Shown piece by piece: positions 58,425 through 64,000 of a DNA stretch of 64,000 nucleotides. The stretch is from an uncultured Planctomycetia bacterium (GTDB lineage: Bacteria > Omnitrophota > Gorgyraeia > Duberdicusellales > 4484-171), in assembly GCA_964536865.1 (NCBI GenBank), contig CAZHYN010000006.1, positions 6,674 to 70,673 on the forward strand, written 5' to 3'. The translations under genes and the position numbers were made by a program. The stretch's first letter is position 1. Every line of letters begins with the position of its first letter. Under the pieces are notes generated by a model, which saw only the letters and a program-made list of their open reading frames with translations, was not told the origin of the DNA and ran no database searches.

Positions 58425-59429
58425 GTGTCTTCATCAAAAGTTACTATAAATGAAGTTGCCCGGCAGGCAGGGGTATCTATTGCTACTGTTTCACGTTTTT
58501 TGTCCCATCCCTTTTCTGTAAAAGAAAAAAATAGAAGAAAGATAGAAAAAGTTATAAGGGAGTTGAATTATCATCCTCTCATTTATGCTCGCAAGTTAGC
58601 AGGAGGAAGACTGGGGGTTTATGGGCTGATTATTCCAGGATACGAAGGAATATTTAACTCTTTTTATGCTTTAGAGTTGATAAAAGGAGTGGGGTTCAGC
58701 TTAGAGAAAAAAAATATAGATGTTTATCTTCATATATTTTGGAGTAAAGATAGGTTTAATACATCTTTAGTAGATGGTGTTATTTTTGCTGATATTATCA
58801 CTAACCAGGAGCAATTGAAGAGAATATTGAGAGAAAAATTGCCTTGTGTAGTAATAAATAGAAAAATAGAGGAGTTTGATGCCAGTTTCGTAGCAGTGGA
58901 TAATTTTAAAGGTGCTTATCAAGCTACAGAGTATTTAATAGCTCAAGGACATAAAAGAATCGCTCACCTTGCCGGTGATTTGCAAGTTCAATGTGCCCGG
59001 GAAAGAATAGAGGGTTACAAGTCCGCGTTGATAGAGAATAAAATCAGAGTTAGCGATAATTATATAAAGGTGGCAAATTTTTCTTATCTAGAGGCAAGGA
59101 AGTGTTTAGAAGAGCTTTTCGCTTCTTCTAGACCTCCCACCGCTGTGTTTGCTGCTAGCGATGAGATGGCTGAAGAGGTAGTTAACTTTGCTAACCGTTA
59201 TAAAATAAAAGTTCCCGAACAACTTTCGGTTATTGGATTTGATGATAATCCCCTATGTATTCAAGGTGAGATTAAACTTTCCACAGTGAGGCAACCTTTA
59301 AGAGAAATGGCCTCCTTAGGAGTAGACATCTTGAGAAAACAAATAGAGAAAAAAGAAGGCGTGAAGAGAATAGTACTTCCTTCTCAGTTAGTAATAAGAG
59401 AGAGTGTTGCTCCTCTTAGGAGAAGCTGA
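58425..59429 (+). CDS. LacI-family transcriptional regulator
   Basis: N-terminal HTH (VTINEVARQAGVSIATVSRFL) and a periplasmic-binding-protein-like sugar-binding core. Confidence 0.8.
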   Translation: MSSSKVTINEVARQAGVSIATVSRFLSHPFSVKEKNRRKIEKVIRELNYHPLIYARKLAGGRLGVYGLIIPGYEGIFNSFYALELIKGVGFSLEKKNIDVYLHIFWSKDRFNTSLVDGVIFADIITNQEQLKRILREKLPCVVINRKIEEFDASFVAVDNFKGAYQATEYLIAQGHKRIAHLAGDLQVQCARERIEGYKSALIENKIRVSDNYIKVANFSYLEARKCLEELFASSRPPTAVFAASDEMAEEVVNFANRYKIKVPEQLSVIGFDDNPLCIQGEIKLSTVRQPLREMASLGVDILRKQIEKKEGVKRIVLPSQLVIRESVAPLRRS

Positions 59430-59518
59430 TTGAAATTAGTGTAGTTCTTTTAAAATTGGGGTTAAATGAATGTCTTTTTACCCTCTTTTTTTCTACATTT
59501 TGTATCTTGTTTAGAAAA

Positions 59519-59537
59519 ATACTACTATATATGGTAT
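59519..59537 (+). promoter_or_regulatory. Near-palindrome ATACTACTATATATGGTAT adjacent to a TTGACA -35 box upstream of nrdJ; NrdR-box-like
   Basis: Imperfect palindrome with a TATATAT core and AC...GT arms, immediately upstream of TTGACA (59544-59549). Confidence 0.25.
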
Positions 59538-59610
59538 TTTTTCTTGACATTTCTCTATTTGGTGGTAAATTAAAAATTGTTCTTTCTTAAATTATAAGAA
59601 AGGAGTTAAG

Positions 59611-61890
59611 ATGGATGATACGCTCAATTTTTCTCCCAATGCCTTATTGGTTTTAAGAAAACGATATCTTAAGAAAGACAAAGAGGGGAAGGTAGTAGAG
59701 ACTCCTTATCAGTTAGTAGCAAGAGTAGCTAAGGTGATTGCGGCTGTAGAGAAGAGATACGGAGCTAGTAAAGAGGCAGTAAGAGAGGTAGAACAGGCTT
59801 TCTTTAGTATGATGGCAAATCTAGAGTTTATGCCTAACTCTCCTACCCTTATGAATGCGGGAAGAGAATTGGGTCAACTTTCTGCCTGTTTTGTAGTACC
59901 CGTAGAAGACTCTATGGAGTCTATATTCGATGCTATAAAAGCTACTGCTTTAATCCACAAAACAGGAGGTGGTACAGGGTTTAGTTTCTCTAGATTGCGT
60001 TCTAAAAATAGTGTAGTAAGATCTACAGGTGGAGTTGCTTCAGGACCAGTTTCTTTTATGAGAGTTTTTGATTCAGCAACTCAAGCAGTAAAGCAAGGAG
60101 GTACTCGACGTGGAGCAAATATGGGTATTTTAAGAGTTGATCACCCTGATATATTAGAGTTTATCAGATGTAAGGAAAAAGAAGGAGAGATTTCTAATTT
60201 TAATATATCTGTAGCAGTAACTGATGAATTTATGGAGAAGGTATTTAAAAGTGAAGAGTATAACTTGATCGATCCTCATACTAAAGAGGTAAAGGGAAGA
60301 TTAAGTGCAAAAGAGGTATTTGATCTGATAGCTACTTATGCTTGGAAAAATGGAGAACCGGGGATCGTCTTCATAGATAGAGTTAATAAATTTAATCCCA
60401 TTCCTCACTTAGGAGAAATTGAGTCTACCAATCCTTGTGGAGAGCAGCCCCTTTTACCTTATGAGAGTTGTAATCTGGGATCGATAAATTTAGCTAAGAT
60501 GGTTAAGAATAAAGGAGATCAATTTGAGATTGATTGGGATAAGTTAGCTAAAATAAGTCGCCTAGCTACAAGATTTTTAGACAATGTTATAGATGCTAAT
60601 AAATTTCCTCTTCCTCAGATAAAGGAGAATACTTTGAAGACAAGAAAAATTGGTTTGGGAATAATGGGTTGGGCAACAATGTTAGGATTTTTGGGGATTC
60701 CCTACGATAGTCCTCAAGCTTTAGAGTTAGCAAAAAGACTTATGAAGTTTATCTATGACAATGCTAAAGAGGCCTCTGTTCTTCTTGCACGAGAAAGAGG
60801 GGTATTCCCCAGTTGGAGGAAAAGTGTTTGGGAAAAACAGGGGATAAAAATAAGAAATGCTACCCTAACTACTATTGCTCCTACCGGCTCAATAAGCATT
60901 ATTGCCGGTCCTACCTCTACGGGGGTTGAACCTTTCTATTCTCTGGTTTACTTTAGAAATATCTTAGACGGAGAGAAACTTATGGAAATAGAACCTAGTT
61001 TTGAGTACGTTGCCAGAAAAAGAGGTTTCTATTCACAAGATTTAATGGAGAGGATAGCCAAGGGAGAAAGTATTCAGAGGATGGAGGAGGTTCCTAAAGA
61101 TGTGAAAGAGATATTTAAAACTGCTTTAGAGATAGAACCGCTTACTCATGTAAAGATGCAAGCAGCTTTTCAGGAGTTTACCGATAATGCTGTGTCTAAG
61201 ACTATAAATCTTCCTAATCAAGCTAAAGTAGAGGATGTAAGAGAAGCGTTCCTCTATGCTTATAAGTTGGGATGCAAGGGTATTACCCTCTATAGAGATG
61301 GTTCAAGGAAAGTTCAAGTTTTAACTGTAGAGAAGGAGAAGAAGGAGAAAGTGTCTTCTAAAGTTGTAGTGGCTCAACTCAAACCTCGTCCAGAGGTAAT
61401 TGTGGGAACTACTACTAAGATTACTACTGGGTGTGGAAACCTTTATGTTACTGTTAATCAGGACAATGAAGGTAACTTGTTTGAGGTTTTTATTCAGATG
61501 GGCAAAGCAGGGGGATGCGCTGCTTCTCAGTTGGAAGCTATCGGAAGACTTATCTCTTTAGCTCTAAGGGGAGGAGTGGATATAAAAGTTATTATTGAGC
61601 AACTAAAAGGAATAAGGTGCCCTTCACCTAATTGGGCTAATGGAAAAAGAATCTTTTCCTGTGCTGATGCTATCGCTCGAGTATTAGAGAAAAGAGCAGC
61701 CGACCAAAAAGAATTAGTGAAAGTAAAGATGCCTGTATCTCAACCAGTAGCAGCAAATTTAACTACTTCCTCTTTTGACAATTCAGATTTATTACCTACA
61801 GTTATTGGAGTATGTCCTGATTGTGGTTCTGCTTTACGACATCAGGAGGGTTGTGTAGTCTGTGATAGTTGTGGATATTCTAAGTGCTGA
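59611..61890 (+). CDS. nrdJ: Adenosylcobalamin-dependent (class II) ribonucleotide reductase
   Basis: Active-site TNPCGEQPL, a roughly 760-aa single chain, and a C-terminal Cys4 zinc ribbon (CPDCGS...CVVCDSCG). Confidence 0.85.
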   Translation: MDDTLNFSPNALLVLRKRYLKKDKEGKVVETPYQLVARVAKVIAAVEKRYGASKEAVREVEQAFFSMMANLEFMPNSPTLMNAGRELGQLSACFVVPVEDSMESIFDAIKATALIHKTGGGTGFSFSRLRSKNSVVRSTGGVASGPVSFMRVFDSATQAVKQGGTRRGANMGILRVDHPDILEFIRCKEKEGEISNFNISVAVTDEFMEKVFKSEEYNLIDPHTKEVKGRLSAKEVFDLIATYAWKNGEPGIVFIDRVNKFNPIPHLGEIESTNPCGEQPLLPYESCNLGSINLAKMVKNKGDQFEIDWDKLAKISRLATRFLDNVIDANKFPLPQIKENTLKTRKIGLGIMGWATMLGFLGIPYDSPQALELAKRLMKFIYDNAKEASVLLARERGVFPSWRKSVWEKQGIKIRNATLTTIAPTGSISIIAGPTSTGVEPFYSLVYFRNILDGEKLMEIEPSFEYVARKRGFYSQDLMERIAKGESIQRMEEVPKDVKEIFKTALEIEPLTHVKMQAAFQEFTDNAVSKTINLPNQAKVEDVREAFLYAYKLGCKGITLYRDGSRKVQVLTVEKEKKEKVSSKVVVAQLKPRPEVIVGTTTKITTGCGNLYVTVNQDNEGNLFEVFIQMGKAGGCAASQLEAIGRLISLALRGGVDIKVIIEQLKGIRCPSPNWANGKRIFSCADAIARVLEKRAADQKELVKVKMPVSQPVAANLTTSSFDNSDLLPTVIGVCPDCGSALRHQEGCVVCDSCGYSKC

Positions 61891-61969
61891 TAGTTCTTAA
61901 ATCTTACATTAAATTTCTCTAAGTTAATAAAAATTAACCATCAACATCAAATAGTAAGGAGGAAAACCA

Positions 61970-63244
61970 ATGAAGAAGATTTTTTATGTGATTTTAGATG
62001 GCATAGGAGATTTACCCATTTCTGAATTACAGGATAAGACTCCTTTAGAAAGTGCCTCTACTCCTTATATGGACTATTTAGCTAAAGAAGGAGTGCAGGG
62101 AGTAATTTATCCTGTAGGTAAGGATGTTGCTCCTGAGTCAGATATCGCTGTTATTTCTCTCTTAGGTTATGATGCTCAAAAAACTTATACAGGTAGAGGT
62201 CCCCTTGAGGCCTATGCTACTGGAGTTAAAATAAACGATGGTGACTTAGCGTTGAGGGTAAACTTTGCTACTGTAGAGATTACTTCTAGAAAGATTCTCG
62301 ATCGTAGAGTAGGACGATCACTTTCTAGCGAGGAAGCGAAATCTTTAGCAGAGGAAATTAATCAGAAAGTAAAATTAGAAGATGCAGAATTTATATTTAA
62401 GAGTACGGTGGGACACAGAGGAGTCTTAGTAATTAAGAGAAATAAAGACTTAAGTGGGTTTATTACTAATACCGATCCTGCTTATGGAAGAGAAGGAGTT
62501 TTTGGAGTTGCCTTAGAGGAATTTATCCCCTACCTCGCTTCTGCAAAGCCTATGTCTGGGTACGAAGAGGATGAAAGAGCACAGTTAGCAGCCAAATTAG
62601 TTAATGAGTTTACAGAGAAATCAATGAAAGTTTTAAATGATTCTTCAGTAAATATAGAAAGAAGAAAAAAGGGATTATTACCTGCAAACGTTATTCTTTC
62701 CAGGGATGCGGGAAGCAGTTTACCTAAATTTAAACCTATAGAAGAGTTGACTTCTCTTAAATTTGGTTGTTTTGTTCAGATGCCTGTAGAGAGAGGCATC
62801 GCTTTATTGTGCGGTATGGATGTGGTAGATGTTCCTCTTCCTTCAGGAGATTTAAAAAAGGACTATATCCTGTGGGCAGATTTAGCTTTGGATAATATTC
62901 AGAAATTTGATGCTCTTTACATTCACATAAAGGGACCAGATGAACCGGCACATGATGGAGACTTTTTGAAGAAGAAAGAGATAATTGAACTAATTGATAA
63001 ATATTTTTTTAAAACTCTACTAGGGAGGATAGATAAAAATACCTGTATTATTTGTGTTACAGGAGATCATTCTACTCCTTGCAAGCTGAAAGCCCATTCT
63101 GCCGATCCTGTTCCTGTCTTGGTCTATGGGAAGGAGAAGGATTCTACAGTTTCTTTCGGTGAAACGGAAGCAAAGAAAGGAATTTTAGGTCATTTTTTAG
63201 GGAGAGAGTTGATTTACAAACTCACAGAATTTGCTAAGCAGTAA
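61970..63244 (+). CDS. apgM: Cofactor-independent phosphoglycerate mutase, archaeal-type (ApgM family)
   Basis: MKKIFYVILDGIGD N-terminus, metalloenzyme-superfamily Asp/His pattern and ApgM-like length. Confidence 0.8.
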   Translation: MKKIFYVILDGIGDLPISELQDKTPLESASTPYMDYLAKEGVQGVIYPVGKDVAPESDIAVISLLGYDAQKTYTGRGPLEAYATGVKINDGDLALRVNFATVEITSRKILDRRVGRSLSSEEAKSLAEEINQKVKLEDAEFIFKSTVGHRGVLVIKRNKDLSGFITNTDPAYGREGVFGVALEEFIPYLASAKPMSGYEEDERAQLAAKLVNEFTEKSMKVLNDSSVNIERRKKGLLPANVILSRDAGSSLPKFKPIEELTSLKFGCFVQMPVERGIALLCGMDVVDVPLPSGDLKKDYILWADLALDNIQKFDALYIHIKGPDEPAHDGDFLKKKEIIELIDKYFFKTLLGRIDKNTCIICVTGDHSTPCKLKAHSADPVPVLVYGKEKDSTVSFGETEAKKGILGHFLGRELIYKLTEFAKQ

Positions 63245-63245
63245 A

Positions 63246-63367
63246 ACCCCGAACCACGCCTTTCCAGGCGTGGCTTTGGGACACCCTTTGGGTTTTTTGA
63301 TATACATTCATCCACGCCTTTACCCCGCCCTTTCCTTAAAAGAGGGATGGCTTTCTGTGGTTCGGGG
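63246..63367 (+). other. GC-rich structured element closed by an 11-bp long-range inverted repeat, with internal hairpins and a T-run
   Basis: ccccgaaccac (63247-63257) pairs with gtggttcgggg (63357-63367). There is an internal hairpin ccacgcc-tttccag-ggcgtgg and a direct repeat of ccacgccttt. It is followed by ...ctttgggttttttg and is markedly GC-richer than the flanking sequence. Confidence 0.4.
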
Positions 63368-63679
63368 TGAAAAACATCTTAGTTAGCTCTGGTGAAGTAA
63401 CAGAAAGGAAAATTTTTTAAATCATCCCTATCATAATATAGAAGATCCTAGATTATGTATTAAACTTCCCCTGCACAATCGATGAGACATTTAAAAGAGT
63501 GTTTGATGAGAAGACTAGTTTAGCAAAATTATTTAGCTATATTAATATTTGATTAAATTAATAGTTAATATTATTAAATATATGAGCACCATTAAAAAAC
63601 AGCAGAGGAAATTATTCATCTTATCCCAAAGTTTATTGTAGGAATACGTACATCTTTTTTTGAAGTAGAAGAGTGTTAC

Positions 63680-63727
63680 TACTACGTCAAGATGTTAAAT
63701 TTTTACTACGTAAAAATGTTAAATTTT
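63680..63727 (+). repeat. Two tandem 24-bp direct repeats (TACTACGTCAAGATGTTAAATTTT / TACTACGTAAAAATGTTAAATTTT)
   Basis: Read directly. The second copy overlaps the stop codon of the reverse-strand ORF that runs off the window. Confidence 0.6.
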
Positions 63728-64000
63728 AAACACCACATAATCGGTATTCTCTCTGATTAAGAAACCTTTCTATTCTTTTCTTAGATTTATAGATTTTGTT
63801 GTTCTTTGATAATTTGGTAGCATGAATTAACTCTTCCTGATAAAAGATGTAAATTCTTCCATCCTCAAGTAAACAAACCTTAACTACACATTTAGCAAAA
63901 GATAGCCTATATTGAGTAGGAGGAAGTTGTATAATTTGACCTTCAAATTTAATAGTATTGTCAAAGTTAATCTTTCTTGTATATTTCTTACAAAAGATAA
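63726..64000 (-). CDS. Partial reverse-strand ORF (C-terminal roughly 90 aa; the N-terminus lies beyond the window end), function unknown
   Basis: The minus-strand frame is open from the window edge to a TAA stop at 63726-63728 (...NKIYKSKKRIERFLNQREYRLCGV*). The ORF track omits it because it is incomplete. Confidence 0.35.
   Translation of the reverse strand, partial: IFCKKYTRKINFDNTIKFEGQIIQLPPTQYRLSFAKCVVKVCLLEDGRIYIFYQEELIHATKLSKNNKIYKSKKRIERFLNQREYRLCGV

Noticed and set aside
63246-63367. Calling the GC-rich structured element an SRP (4.5S) RNA or 6S RNA
   Set aside because: It lacks the SRP domain-IV motifs (GGAA-type apical loop with conserved AGG/AGCA internal loops). It is too short for 6S RNA and has no central bubble. 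I left it as an unclassified structured element.

Overview
This window is AT-rich bacterial chromosome from a Gram-negative lineage, judged from the complete Kdo pathway (kdsB/kdsA/kdsD/kdsC) and Omp85-type barrels. Most of it is conserved housekeeping sequence. The + strand carries the priA 3' end, then fmt, acyP, ligA, an xerC/D-family recombinase, a CCA-adding enzyme, rbfA-nrnA-truB-ribF, and a full dcw cluster. The dcw cluster runs mraZ-rsmH-ftsL-ftsI-murE-murF-mraY-murD-ftsW-murG-murC-murB-ddl-ftsQ-ftsA-like and ends with no ftsZ in the window. Downstream come the Kdo/heptose genes, a PAS-GGDEF(degenerate)-HD-GYP protein, an rnfCDGEAB operon with an RseC-like gene, purN, eno, nrdJ (class II ribonucleotide reductase) and apgM. 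Three points stand out. (1) All three tRNA loci (Phe-GAA, Thr-CGU, initiator Met-CAU) are followed by perfect or degenerate copies of their own 3' T-loop/acceptor segment, spaced about 125-138 bp apart. The Phe locus also has an upstream 5'-half copy. The Phe and Met repeats begin at the same tRNA position (C56), and each is preceded by a hairpin. (2) A minus-strand cluster holds two SPL-like radical-SAM enzymes, a B12-binding radical-SAM enzyme and a GT2 glycosyltransferase, with a HemW-like gene on the opposite strand. Next to it lies a 1012-aa secreted protein fusing a C45 Ntn-hydrolase/acyltransferase domain, an alpha/beta-hydrolase and a POTRA/Omp85 barrel, an arrangement like type Vd secretion with non-patatin passengers. 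(3) A GC-rich ~120-nt structured element with an 11-bp long-range inverted repeat and adjacent tandem 24-bp repeats lies near the 3' window edge, next to a partial reverse-strand ORF. No CRISPR array, rRNA or clear IS element was found. All calls rest on reading the translated ORFs and sequence by eye; no database search was possible.
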